Under the pieces are notes generated by a model, which was not told the origin of the DNA, made no database searches, and worked only from the letters and a program-made list of their open reading frames with translations. 64,000 nucleotides of DNA, from positions 124,001 to 188,000 of the forward strand of contig AP026153.1 in the NCBI GenBank assembly GCA_030295235.1, in the 5' to 3' direction. Below, piece by piece: positions 12,896 to 24,831 of the stretch. The stretch is from Fistulifera solaris. Its lineage: Eukaryota. The translations under genes and the position numbers were made by a program. Every line of letters begins with the position of its first letter. Positions within the stretch are counted from its first letter, which is position 1.

Positions 12896-13150
12896 GTTTC
12901 TTGCCGAATGATGATTGTTAGATGATACGGAGAACTCGGGTAAAATCAGTGATTAAGACGAATGCAAATAAGTAGAAGCAGAAGGAGGGAGCGAAGCAAC
13001 AACATCGTGACGCGAAATCTGAAGCTTCTCGAGTCACGAGGAGTCATGGAAGAACTATCTATTATTTCGTATGGCACAATCAAAGTGTGTCGCATTTGTT
13101 AGTCAAAACGCTTCGATAGGCTAAGGATTTTCAATAATGTTGTATGTTAC

Positions 13151-14962
13151 TTAACGTGATACCAGTCTTTGCTCTACGTACGCTGTCTGGAATGCGGAGA
13201 CCCGAGATGCAATAAGCTCATTCCAAAAGTTTAACAAATTTTCGGACGGTTCGTGTTGGCCGCCCTCAAGTGGTTGTCGCCGGTTGACGCCCGCAGAGAA
13301 ATCCCACAAACACTGTTTCAGTACTGATGGTAATTGTGAAGAAGAAACCGCCAAGGGCTCATTAAGCTTGAGTAAGTCTAAACATAACTCACGAAACGGT
13401 TCATCGCTGAGCAAATGTTCGATAATTGAAGAACAGTGAAAATCAATCCCCTGTACGGAAATATCCTTCAGCGTCAGTTGATGAAGCCTGTTTCGACAAA
13501 GTTCAGAAACAAGCTGATGGGCTCGATTTCTTGTCCGCTCGTGTATGGTAGCTGGCACAAGGGCCCAATTCAAATTCAATTTTGGGCACTGATCACCGCT
13601 TTCAAATCTAGTTCTCCATACTGTTGCAAAAGAACGCAGCATCTGGATATCGCCTTTCATACCTCCGTATTCGGCGCGAGCCAGCATTGCCCAGATGAGC
13701 GATGACGAGTGAGAAGGCAGCTCGTGTGTGACGAACTCTTCATGCAGTGATGTTAATGAGGCAGTAGAAGGGGAATTTCCTATGTCTTTCGGTGGGTCGT
13801 CTACCTCGGGCGTGACGGACGAGCAACTATCAACCCACGGGCAACTGCAGATTTCAAAAATGATTTCAAATACGCGAGGTAATATGGACGGTGGAATTGA
13901 ATATTCTTTGGAATGTGCCATCATAAGCCACACCAGCAGGTCAAAGTCGGGGTGCAAAGTCGAATCTTCGAGTACAATGATGGGAAGACGCCGCAGCAGC
14001 TCTCCTAAGGACTTATCCGCAAGTTCCATTGCGACCTTTACTGAAGGCAGCGGACGTCTTCGGCGAATAGATTTTTGAAGAATCGACTTTAATACAGGAA
14101 CAGATAAACGAGAATGACGTTGGACCCAGCGCGATGATTCGGTTAGTTCATTGTGGCTGGGCAACGCTGAAGATAAAGTGATGAGAAACTCGGTGGGTGG
14201 CCTGTCCGGAGACAAAGAGCGGTCTTTCACAGTGATTTGTGTTTGCCACGCGAACTGCTGGTGCGAAGGGGCTGTTGCGAAAATACTAACTGTCCCATTG
14301 TCGTGGAGATGAAAGCATTGTTCCTTGGGAGCCCTCTCTTTGGCTGAAAACATAACTTTCGATTGCGACAACATTCGAGCGAAAGCATTCTTTTCTTCCG
14401 GAAGTGACTCGAAACAGGCTTTCTCATTGTTGCAGTCTAAGGAAGATGGTTCTGTGACATGGTCCTCGCTGGCGATGGACCGTCTTTTACTTAAATCATC
14501 ATTGCTTTCATGGGCCTTCGCATGCGACTGCGATTGAGAGATGCTCTTTATTGGCTGTGAAATCATATTTGTCTCGCTACTAAAGGCGACCTCACCGTCA
14601 TCAATTTCTGAAATATTCTTTCCGTGAAACTGCTTTTCGTGAGAAACGACAGCGGCCGGCTCACCCAAAACAAGCTCTTCGACGGAATCGCTATTAGGCT
14701 TGAGCGGCGTTCGAATGTCAGTGCTAGCATTCACAGTTGTACACTCCAATATATCATGTATCCTGTTTTCAGCTGTATCCTGGTTGTTCTTCTCTTGCTG
14801 CAGCAAGCACTGGTCAATATGACGATTGATATCCTTTTCGGCAAAGTGTTGCAAACAGCCCACAGGACACTGCACAAAGCGGCTAGCTCTTGGTCGCTTA
14901 CGACTCGGAGCTGACATGAGCAGTGCGAAAGCGTCGTTAGGCTGCGTCTTTTTATCTGGCAT
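13151..14962 (-). CDS. UBZ4 (Rad18-type) zinc-finger protein with a RarA/WRNIP1-like helical domain
   Basis: VQCPVGC...INRHIDQCL zinc finger, then LKSILQKSIRRRR...LLRRLPIIVLED and GIDFHCS. No Walker A motif is visible. Confidence 0.65.
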   Translation of the reverse strand: MPDKKTQPNDAFALLMSAPSRKRPRASRFVQCPVGCLQHFAEKDINRHIDQCLLQQEKNNQDTAENRIHDILECTTVNASTDIRTPLKPNSDSVEELVLGEPAAVVSHEKQFHGKNISEIDDGEVAFSSETNMISQPIKSISQSQSHAKAHESNDDLSKRRSIASEDHVTEPSSLDCNNEKACFESLPEEKNAFARMLSQSKVMFSAKERAPKEQCFHLHDNGTVSIFATAPSHQQFAWQTQITVKDRSLSPDRPPTEFLITLSSALPSHNELTESSRWVQRHSRLSVPVLKSILQKSIRRRRPLPSVKVAMELADKSLGELLRRLPIIVLEDSTLHPDFDLLVWLMMAHSKEYSIPPSILPRVFEIIFEICSCPWVDSCSSVTPEVDDPPKDIGNSPSTASLTSLHEEFVTHELPSHSSSLIWAMLARAEYGGMKGDIQMLRSFATVWRTRFESGDQCPKLNLNWALVPATIHERTRNRAHQLVSELCRNRLHQLTLKDISVQGIDFHCSSIIEHLLSDEPFRELCLDLLKLNEPLAVSSSQLPSVLKQCLWDFSAGVNRRQPLEGGQHEPSENLLNFWNELIASRVSAFQTAYVEQRLVSR

Positions 14963-16284
14963 TTCTTTTCTTTCTACGTGAAAGCCAATCCAGTAAGAAA
15001 CAAACTCTTCGGTGTTGGTGCTAACAGTGCGAAATGTTTATGCGTTTGAGTGCATGTTTTTGCGGTTTCATCAAAACATTTTGGGCAGCTAAATTTAGAT
15101 ACCGGTACGACCTTAGACCATGCCTTGCTAGAGCGCCTACCTTTGTCACAATTGCATGAATCCCTATCAACTTTATTGGTATGTCTGATAGGATTTTCCC
15201 CGCCAAGAACTGTCGATGTTACCGTCGATTAATGTGATATAACATAGTAAGGTTGACCTCTATGGTTACGCTTAAACTGAAGTAGAAAAACGATTATCAG
15301 GTCCTCGGGCACAGCCATTTTTGAACGTAAAGATCTTTCTTCTTTGAATGTGTTAGGGAACACTCTCAACGAAAGGAAAACAGGCACCAAGCTTTGTTCT
15401 ATAGTGGTTTTCAACATGGGTCGACGTCGCTAAAGATCAAGTCTTATCGGTAATTAATAGAGTCCTATTTTAGGTAGTGAATAACGAGCGGATGAATGGA
15501 TGTTTCATAAACAAGCTGGTTGGGGAAGGATTACTGTAGTTCGCTCAAAACGCCCAACAAGGTTGTTCGAAGTTGTTCACGCGATAAAGCACGGCAAAAA
15601 GGGGTAGATCATAGAAGTTAAAATTGGACGAAGGGGTAGATCATAGAAAGTATGCAGTCGTACGGGATTGATTAGAGTACGATTTGTTGGTCCCAACACA
15701 TATTCATAGAACAATTGCGAGGTCAAAGTTATCGTCAAATCTTGAGGTGGAAAAAACTTGGAAACGTAGATTCTAGAAATTGTCCCAGTAGTTATTAGGA
15801 GGCCCCCACGACGACTCTCTCTAGAGAGACCAAGAGTGCAAACTAATTTTAAAAGGTGCTTGTCCGTCCATTTGGTCAGTAAAACATTCATTTGATAAGA
15901 TACAATCCTACTATGAAATCATGGATAGCAACTGAAAATAATTTTCTTCGGGCTGGATAAACCTGCCCCGTTCCCCAATCCACGCCTAACCGCATTCAAT
16001 CAAGTTTTTCTGCTTGCATTGAGCGGAGATATGAATTGTAAGGCTTGTCTTTGGGTGGAATGCATGGAGACCGAGCTTATCAAGTAATCACCTCGACGCT
16101 ACGCTCTTTCTCCCTCACCAAGGACAAAGCTCATCTGTTCCAACTTTATCTTAATTTTGTGTTCAAACCGATTTTGTTACAAAGTATTTGTCATTTTTTG
16201 TCCGGAGTATCACTATTATCGGCTTTCAAGCTTTGAACGAAGCTCGCCTCTTGCAAAGATATTTCCTAGCATAACCAAGGACTC

Positions 16285-17135
16285 GATACTCAGGACTCAG
16301 GACTGCCAACTTCCAACAAAGAATATACAGCCGGTAAGTAGTGACAAGTGATATAAGGTAAAACACACATTCTTCATTCTTCTAGGTCCACTTTCCACAG
16401 CAAGTGGCAAGTGATAAGTGATAAGTGATCCGAGATCTCGGACCTCTCGTTTCTCGTTTTTCGTTTCTCGTCTCTCGTCTCTCAACTCTCGTACTCATAC
16501 CATGGTTTTTGTGCGTTGTGCGTTGTTGTCCTTTATCCTTTGCTCTCTAGTGTCCCTAGTTTGGAAATGACTCACTGACTTATTGAGTCTCCAGTCTCCA
16601 GTCTCCGCTCTCCAGTTGTTCCACGACGATGAAAAGGAAGATCGTAGATCGTACACATTGCCAGATTGTCTACAGTAGGGTCTATCTTCCTTCTTCCTTC
16701 TTCCTAGTCTACAGTAGAAAGTGAATGATAAACGGAAAACGAGCTTTTGGACGGAATTACTTGTATTGGTAAATTTACTCCGTGTTCCTTCGTCTTGGAT
16801 CTTGGATCTTGGATCCGACATCCGACATCCGGCACGGGACTTGGTTTCACTTACTCCGGAGTAGTACTTTTCACCGCTACTATCAAGATATAAAACTACA
16901 GTTCAACGCTATACTACTTTATGGAAAGCCAACAGACTACCGGCTACCCGTCCGGAATTATTTCTTTCTCCGTCGCAGCTCAGAACTTGGAAGTCGGAAA
17001 TAGGAAATACGAGTTCGTGGTTCGTGGTTCGTGAGTTCGTGTTTTTCTTTTCAGAACCGCCAAAGTACTGACTGTATAGTCAAAAGTATGTAGTACATTA
17101 GTACATTAGAACGTAGAACACGTAACACGTACGCA
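16285..17135. repeat. cluster of short period-7 tandem microrepeats with different units
   Basis: (AAGTGAT)3 at 16409, (TCTCGTY)n at 16445, (AGTCTCC)3 at 16586, (TCTTGGA)3(TCCGACA)2 at 16793 and (GTTCGTG)3 near 17013. Confidence 0.8.
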
Positions 17136-17382
17136 TTATACAGGTCCACGTACGTTCCTTAGAAGATTCACAGATTTTGCTTCCCGAAGTTATTTCTGGA
17201 ATGACGGACCCATCAAAACATCAGTTCAAAGCTTAAAAGTGACTTCTCCTCGCGGTTCGGGCATTCTGCGCTTTTCCTTCTTTCTCCGCCGCCTCGAACA
17301 TAAAACGCTGAAGCAAGCTCTTGTTTTCAAAAGCACATAATTTTGCGTTCTAATTTGTTTTGTTTTTTAACGACTGAGAACA

Positions 17383-18195
17383 ATGGAGTCAACTGTTGCC
17401 TACCAGCAGATCATTTCCTGCAACAATGAGGGAGTGCGCTTCATGCTCCAGGCCGACGACTCACAACGGGCAGTAAATTGCTTCAAGGCCGGAATCACTC
17501 TAATACGTTCCAAGCTATCCGCTGAAGATCAACCATCAGATCCTCACTACCGAGAAGTGGTAACGGATACTGTGCTACGTGGAAAGATTGTTGCAAGTAT
17601 TCCGTTCGCGGAACATTCTTCAGCGGTTCACGAAAGCGACGCGATCGAAGCGAAGACCCCTACACATGATTTTTCGTCGGACATGAATATGACAAAACCT
17701 TCGCCAGCTCTATCGAAGGACAAGAATGACGACTTTGTTTCATTCTTTGCTCGAGCTTTGGTCATTTCCGACACCGCGATAGCCGAAATCTGCGAGATGG
17801 ACGACCCTTGTTCTTTGCTGTCGGCAGTCATTCTATTCAACATTGCGTTGAGTCATCACCGAGCGGGGCTTCAATCCGCTACGCAATCCTTTCGACTATC
17901 CAAGGCTCTAAGCTTGTATGGTGTTGTCACCAACATTCTCGAGAGATCGCAAGATCAAACAATCTCTACCAAGTTTGGCCTGCTCATTTATCTCGCGAGC
18001 TGTAACAATATGGCGCACATCTACTCAGAAATGTGTGCGTTCCAGGAGTTACGAATCTCGTGGAGGAACTTGTTTGATGTTTGCGTCGCGTACCATCAAA
18101 TCATCGATTTCGCCTTGGACCCTGAAGAACAAGATGTATTTTTGTTGAATGCTTTCTTATTTTCCGACGGAGCCAACATCGCGCCGGCAGCTTAG
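17383..18195 (+). CDS. hypothetical protein of an expanded diatom family (TPR-like helices)
   Basis: Hallmarks CNNEGV, SAVILFNIALSHH, ASCNNMAHI and C-terminal FLLNA...IAPAA. Confidence 0.8.
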   Translation: MESTVAYQQIISCNNEGVRFMLQADDSQRAVNCFKAGITLIRSKLSAEDQPSDPHYREVVTDTVLRGKIVASIPFAEHSSAVHESDAIEAKTPTHDFSSDMNMTKPSPALSKDKNDDFVSFFARALVISDTAIAEICEMDDPCSLLSAVILFNIALSHHRAGLQSATQSFRLSKALSLYGVVTNILERSQDQTISTKFGLLIYLASCNNMAHIYSEMCAFQELRISWRNLFDVCVAYHQIIDFALDPEEQDVFLLNAFLFSDGANIAPAA

Positions 18196-18575
18196 GTTCA
18201 CGCGTGTTTCCTTTTCACACAACATTACTGCGTCTAATAAATATATAATAGCCTTGTATAATTTCATTCAATTGACCTTACAATATTGTTGTTAGATAAA
18301 CTTAGACGAAAGAATCTAGAGTGACTCGGTGTCATTGGCACTTGATTGGCACGAGTCGTCAGAAAGAAAAATAATTAACCTTACACCTATGCCGAACGGC
18401 TCTCTTGAAACCGCTAAGACAGATCTTTTTCAGAAGCGACGCGATCGACGGCAAAACACGCGAAAAATTAATCTTTTGACGTTATAAAAAAGGCTGCGTG
18501 AGATCCAATTTATATGCAAATAATATCTTCTTTTCATCTCTAGCTCAATAAGGAATTTGTTTTTTGAGTCGCAAA

Positions 18576-21500
18576 ATGCCTCACAACAGAGGACACAACC
18601 AGGGCAGGAGGAACCGAGCGAATCGGGGTCGTCACAACCGACAGCCGATTTCCCGAACCCCGCCTTCCTCCGGCGGAGGGCAACCGCTCCTTCAGCGCAT
18701 TCAAAGCGCGCTTCCTACCTTCACAGTAAAACGGCGCCGAATGATGCGTCTCTTGGGAGCATCGGCGGTGGTTATTACGCCTTGTACAAGGAAGCGACGC
18801 TCCGTTTTCACAATTGGATGGCGAACCGGGCCTGTCGCGGAATGAAAATGAAAGCTGTCAACGACTATCGCCGGGGAGTCGATCACATTGTGGAACACAA
18901 TGTACAGGTGTACTTGAAGGAAGTAGAAAATGGTGAACTGATTGTGGCTCCACCAGATATTATGGAGAGCTTGGTGTCGAGCATTCGGTTGCGCGAGCGC
19001 GTTGCAGCGAATCTTTTTGGTTCTATAACGGGCGGTGATCAAGGCCATCAATACATTATCGACGTGCTACACTATTGTCGAAGTGCACTTCGTTTCGGAA
19101 ATCGAGTTGCTGCTGTCTACAATGCGAAGGATGACGAAGAAGTCCGAGCGGAGGATGCTGTGGGTGGACGCTTCAATGCTTTGGCGCTGGATGACGACTC
19201 GGAAGACGAAATGGATTGGGAAGAAATTGACCGTGATATTAAGGATGGAAACCTACCGAAATATGTTGGGGTCCAAGTCGAAGAAGATATTGATATCAAC
19301 GAAGTCCTTTTGAAAGGCGATGATCGCTTCCAAGCGATGGCCCTTCTTTATACCATGGATGATTTGATGCAAGCCGTTCAACAGCACTACCAACTACTCA
19401 AAGACTTCATGAGAAACGCGGGAAATCATGATTCTTCGAGCTGTGTGCAGTTGGTGATGGAGTGTGCGGTTGTTGCGAATGCCGCCACGGAATGTGTGAA
19501 TCGAGCTGAAAACGAGATGGCAATTGATCATCCTCATCTTTCGTCTTTCTACCATGTTCTTGCACTCGTAATTCTGACTGAACCGTTGGCTGATCTCAAT
19601 AAGCTAATTGACAAAACCAGGCTAAAGGCGGATCCTCATATGGCGCTTCAATTTTTGGCAGAGATTGTTGAGTGCTCGTTCCATAATCGTGGTCACGAAA
19701 GGATTCCCCCCATCGTGAAGCGTTTCGTGCAGAAGTCGGGTTTGGACCCACGATACGTGGACGAGACTGCTAACGGCATTCATATGCTTACTTCTTTTGA
19801 AACCCTTTTAAAACTGGAAGAGCGCTCGAATCCACAGCAGACGACCATAATGGCTCAAGCTGGAGTAAAAGCGCATACGTGGCTCCATCAAAGCGAATAC
19901 ATCGGAGGTGATTGCTGCATCTTGAACACTCAAAAAATTGTCCAGATGGTAATGGGACTTCTACAAGACAATCGAAAACTTGTCGGGCGACCAGGATTTT
20001 GGGGACCGCCGTTCGACGAAAACAATAGACCGGCTTGTCGTATACGGGGAGATCTCGACGAACCATTTGCGTCTAGTATCATACCAGAGATCTTAGAGAT
20101 CTGCCGATATGCGCCTTTTCATTGTTTGCCGGACCGAACTCATTTGATCACCGTTCTCGATCTCTTGCAGCGACATGTCAAAGGCGATCGTACGAAGCCA
20201 GTGCCGATTGCTTTATCCTTTGGTCTACATTCGGTTTTGATGTCGGTCTTCGTGCTTCAAGGAGAGGGCGATTTGGGCCGAATCGCCGAGTGTTCGAAGC
20301 AGTCGTATAACCAATTGTTTGAACAAATGCAGACTGCATTAGATCGAAGCAAATCGCCCGAGAACTCTCCTGTTTTCTACAAGAACGTTCAGACGTTTGT
20401 CAATCTCGCGGCCTTTGCCAAGCCGGTCGGTATTAAAACCGATGATCGTCAAACAGTGGATCCGCTTGCAGCTGAAAGACTGGCGTTTTGGAACCCTGTC
20501 ATCGGCGGAGAATATCTACTGTATGCGACCTATATTTGCTCTATCGGTCTTGGGTCTGCAACTGTTGATTCTCTAGGTCAACTGCGCTTTGCACTTCACT
20601 TATACAATGGACTTCGAATCCATGATCCAACCATCAAAGTACCTCTTCTAGAGAGCTCGGACGCAGTATTCTGGCGTACGAAAGCAGTTTGGGTAGGAGG
20701 AAAACCTGAGAAAGGAGCATGTTGCAAGGTTTTCTGGATGTCGTGGGGGATGAGCCCTAGTCATGCTGCACGTGTAGCGTCCGAGAATACAGATAGCAAC
20801 AACGTCTTTTCTTTCAATTCCAGGAGCAGCGCCGATGTGTTGAGGTAAGAGAACCTGTGTAAGCGGATAAATTTGAAAGACCTGCTCGCTTACTTTGTTC
20901 TGCAACGTATTTGCGCAGAGAGCTGGACGAAATTCGCCCGGAGGAATTCAGTCCTTCGTATCGACGTCTCGTTCAAAATGATTTTCGGTCAGAAGACTTG
21001 GAGAATCATTACACGAATCAAAATGCTGACGAGGCAACGGCTGAAGCTAAAAAGCGCTACGGTCCATTGGTCGACCTTTTGACCAGAATCAATATCATTC
21101 GCGATGCCATGGACGACGACGAAGATAATGTCCTTCCGGTGAATTTTACTGCATTGGGGTCTATTCTGCTGGAATATGTGAACGCTTTGTCAGACCACAT
21201 GGGATGGTCGGAAATGATTCAAGATGTTGTACGTGATAATCCAGATATTCGATTTGGTAGAACCATGGGAGGAAGTGACTTGAGGGGGTTCACCGCGTCC
21301 GATCTAAACCTAAAGCACCAAGGTTTGGCCCACATATGGGGACATCTCCTGTCTTGTATTGATAAAGACAGCACTGGAGAATTGTTACCTGTATTCAATA
21401 TTGACAAAGTGGCAGCATTCACCAAGTTGTTCTTCGACAAGGTAGAAAACGAACGCTACAGATTCTTTGTTGAGGTTGAGCAGAGTCCCATTGCAAAAAA

Positions 21501-21987
21501 GCGCAATCCTCTGCAGGGTACCTATCCTCTTGGACGGACTGGAAAGACGCCGCAAGATCCTCTCAGGGCGTACTGGTCTTTCGGTTACAGCAAGCGCCGA
21601 ACGCCGGTGGCTAGACTCATCACCCCTGGACGCCTCACTCCCTTGGAAGGCTTACCGGTGTACGAAGGTGAAAAGAAGTTGAAAAGGGGACCTCGCGGGA
21701 AGTACCGCCACATTGCAAGTTACACGCTTGAAGCATTACTGGATTTGAATTGGGATGGTTCACTTTATGTTTCAACAAAAGGCAGACATGCGGCAATCGG
21801 GTATCACGTTCCATTCATTCCTGGATACGACTCGGACAGTGCGGATGAGTATGAACCGATTGACATTAAGCGTGGAAAGCAACAAGGCACTGTTGGGATC
21901 TCCAACGCGCAAGTTGGCTTGTTCATGTTGGTGCCTGGTGCGGAAGAAGAGCCTCAGTTGGTGCGACTTAACAAGGAAAAGAAGTAA
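18576..21987 (+). CDS. large protein with a DUF6604-like N-terminal domain
   Basis: YALYKEATLRFHNWM, SSIRLRERVA, GHQYIIDVL and GRFNALALDDD resemble the fungal DUF6604 pattern. Start at 18576 with an A-run frameshift near 18728. Phase-2 intron at 20845-20918. Confidence 0.65.
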
Positions 21988-22344
21988 ATAATGATTGAAA
22001 CTGGAGATTGAAGAGCGTAGTTGATAAGAGATAAGTCGACGTATATATTTACTTGTGCAAGTGCGCTAGGTTGAAATTTACTAGAAGACATTTTACTGAA
22101 GGCAATATTAGCAAGCAAGGCAAAAACGAGGCGTGTCAATAAATCAATCACGAGTTGCCCTCGATAATTCAAACCCGCATGCCGACGGCAAAAAAATGTT
22201 TTTGCGTTTTAAATTTTGTTAAGTGTTTGTTTTGTTACACACAGTAATGCCATCAAGACCCAAATCGACAAACTCATCTCAGCAATTTCTCTCTTATGGA
22301 TTCATTTGTTCTACTTCAACAGATTTCCAGTTTCGTCTTTATGT

Positions 22345-23262
22345 ATGATTTCTCGTCAGCGATCGCGCTCACACTCTATTCTGGGCATGACAATGATGAC
22401 GCACCAGTCTAACTTTGCAACAATCAATGACAAGCTGGTCGTGGATGTACACGCTTTTAATTCAAAAAGATTGAAAGAAAGTTCTCGTACGACTAAGATT
22501 CTCCATGTGTGTCGACACGCCGAAGGAGCACACAATGTGAATCAAGAATATCGGCGTATCGCAAATCTGGATGCTCGATTGACACCAAAGGGTTACGCTC
22601 AATGCGATGCATTAGCACAGCGTCTTATTACAGAGAATTTCAGGGGCATTCGGAGCCATCCCTGTGATGATTTGCTACTTGTTAGTAGTCCGTTGACTCG
22701 TTGCTTGCAGACAACACAGCGTTCATTTGCACCGTTGTGGGAAAACCACAAGCTGCATCTTTCTATTGTGGCACACGAATCGATTCGAGAAACTGTGAAC
22801 TATAACTGCGACCGGCGACGAACTATCAGCGAAATCGATCGCGAATTTAACGGAAAGGGTAAAAATATTGTGGATTTTTCGTTCATTGAAACCGATCACG
22901 ACGATCTCTGGGAGGCGTATGAAAAGCGATTGGGCAGTGCCGATGCTTACACAAGTCATCGAGAAAGTGCCGAGCTTTATCGAGTGGCGGAACGTGGTCG
23001 TCAGTTCTTTCACTGGCTATCGCAACGTCCTGAATCGGTCGTAATATTGTGCAGTCATGCGGCCTTCTTACGATGCATTTGGAATTACGGACAAAATGGC
23101 GGTGTTCCCCGACTAATGCCGCAGGATTTAGATGATCGACTCGAAAAATCAGCATATCCGTTATTTCGTTTCGAGCATCCTGCCGTGGAAGATTTTATGA
23201 GAAGGGATTTTGAGAATTGTGAATTGCGACCGGTGGTTTTGTCTTTTAGTTCTGAGTTATGA
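22345..23262 (+). CDS. histidine phosphatase / phosphoglycerate mutase-like protein
   Basis: RHAEGAHN, DARLTPKG, VSSPLTRCLQT, IRE...CDRRR, CSHAAFL and FENCELR. Confidence 0.9.
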   Translation: MISRQRSRSHSILGMTMMTHQSNFATINDKLVVDVHAFNSKRLKESSRTTKILHVCRHAEGAHNVNQEYRRIANLDARLTPKGYAQCDALAQRLITENFRGIRSHPCDDLLLVSSPLTRCLQTTQRSFAPLWENHKLHLSIVAHESIRETVNYNCDRRRTISEIDREFNGKGKNIVDFSFIETDHDDLWEAYEKRLGSADAYTSHRESAELYRVAERGRQFFHWLSQRPESVVILCSHAAFLRCIWNYGQNGGVPRLMPQDLDDRLEKSAYPLFRFEHPAVEDFMRRDFENCELRPVVLSFSSEL

Positions 23263-23595
23263 TCCCCCTTTGTCGCCAAAGAAAGATACAGGAAGAATGA
23301 AGGTTAATCCTATGCTGTGATGCTGATGCTGATTGCTGGAGGGCGAAAACAATCTTTCAAAAGCAAGTCTTGCTGCGCAGCATTAGCTGAATCCTGAGTC
23401 GTACGTCGTACCGCTAGTAAAGTCAGTCCCGAGATTCCCGTCGGCTGCAGATGAGTACCGGTTTGAATCTCCCCACTCCCCGCCGCAGATTGCAATGCAA
23501 AAGTGACGATGAAAGAAGTGTTTTCATTCTTTCCTTCACAATCTCTTTCTTTCTCACTTCAATAAACCTTAGAAAGACGTCTCAACTCCTGCAAC

Positions 23596-24831
23596 ATGGC
23601 GCGTTCGTTTCCCAGCAGCAGCGCGCACCAGTCATTCGGAAATCGAGCTCTGACCTTTGCGGTCCGAGCGGGGGTTGGGATGCTTGTTCTGTTGTCTGCA
23701 CTGTGTCTGCTGATTTGGAATGAAGTGAATGTTGTTGCGCAACATCAATCCCTCGACTCGGGAAAACGGCACACCGTTTCTTTGGGCGTCAACATGATAG
23801 AGCCTATTCGAGAAGGAACACCGGTGCATATCACAGGCGATGCTCTGGCCGTAAATTCGGCTCGTGACATCCTTTTGGGTGTGACACCCTCGCAAGCGCT
23901 ACGCTTAGCGCGTCACGTTGAAATGTATCAGTGGATCGAAGAGGTGTCTTCTTCGAGCAACGACGCTGGAGGCACGGCGTTTACCTACAGTCAAGGATGG
24001 CAGACGATGTTGCACCCATCGGATGAGTTTCATGATCCGGAGGGCCACCAAAATCCTACCGTTATGCTCTTTACATCTGAGCAGTTTGTAGCGGCACCAA
24101 TTCAACTAGGGGCCTTTGTGTTAAGCGATAGCGATGCTATCGTTCAAAAGTTCAGTTGGTTTGAAGATATGGAGGAGGGCGTGAGTGTCGATCAAATTCC
24201 TAATGAAACAATACGCAATCGAATGCAGTTGTATGGTTCAAAGGGCTTGTATTATGGTGATGATCCTTCAGCTCCTCAAGTTGGAGATCTACGAATCACT
24301 TATCAGATAGTAACTTCGCCGCAAACGGTTTCCATCATCGCTGCTCAAGTGGGAAACACATTAGCGCCGTATCAAACCTTCCGTTCTGGCTATCCCATAC
24401 TGCTCTTCGAGCGCGGTAGTTTTTCTGCGTTCGATATGTATGACAATGCGCAAGGTACTATCATTTTCCAAGCATGGAAGAATCGTATGGTCGGAATTTT
24501 GATTACCTTTGCCGCTCTGCTAATCTTGGCGCAACCCTTCCTCTTTGTTGGCACTTGGTTCCCGTTGGTGCGCGATGTTATTGGCACTGCAGATCCTTGT
24601 GTTATGCTCCCAATCGCCATTATGATCGAAGTGGTGGTGATTGCCGTTACATGGTTAGCCTATCAGCCCTTCTTGGGACTGATGCTGCTGGCAATTGTCG
24701 TTGGCTATTTTAACAATCGGTTACAGGAGGCCCGCAACGCACCAACGGCGGAAGGTTACGTTGTCGGTAATGCAGATGAAAATGAGGCGGATGAAGAAGA
24801 AGTTGAAATGCACGCCGTTTTTAAAGACTGA
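23596..24831 (+). CDS. TMEM43/LUMA (DUF1625) family membrane protein
   Basis: N-terminal TM ending IWNE, LARHVEMYQWIE, GHQNP, PQVGDLRITY, VSIIAAQVG and three C-terminal TM segments. Confidence 0.88.
   Translation: MARSFPSSSAHQSFGNRALTFAVRAGVGMLVLLSALCLLIWNEVNVVAQHQSLDSGKRHTVSLGVNMIEPIREGTPVHITGDALAVNSARDILLGVTPSQALRLARHVEMYQWIEEVSSSSNDAGGTAFTYSQGWQTMLHPSDEFHDPEGHQNPTVMLFTSEQFVAAPIQLGAFVLSDSDAIVQKFSWFEDMEEGVSVDQIPNETIRNRMQLYGSKGLYYGDDPSAPQVGDLRITYQIVTSPQTVSIIAAQVGNTLAPYQTFRSGYPILLFERGSFSAFDMYDNAQGTIIFQAWKNRMVGILITFAALLILAQPFLFVGTWFPLVRDVIGTADPCVMLPIAIMIEVVVIAVTWLAYQPFLGLMLLAIVVGYFNNRLQEARNAPTAEGYVVGNADENEADEEEVEMHAVFKD

Noticed and set aside
15599..15648. 18-bp direct repeat AAGGGGTAGATCATAGAA (two copies)
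   Set aside because: An isolated local duplication with no element ends, target-site duplication or ORF.
15020..16260. Short ORFs in the intergenic region
   Set aside because: Under 110 aa, AT-rich, mostly non-ATG starts and no motifs, consistent with chance.
16400..17135. Repeats as a CRISPR array or telomere
   Set aside because: The units are 7 bp, differ between tracts and have no spacers. There are no cas genes, and they are not telomeric repeats.
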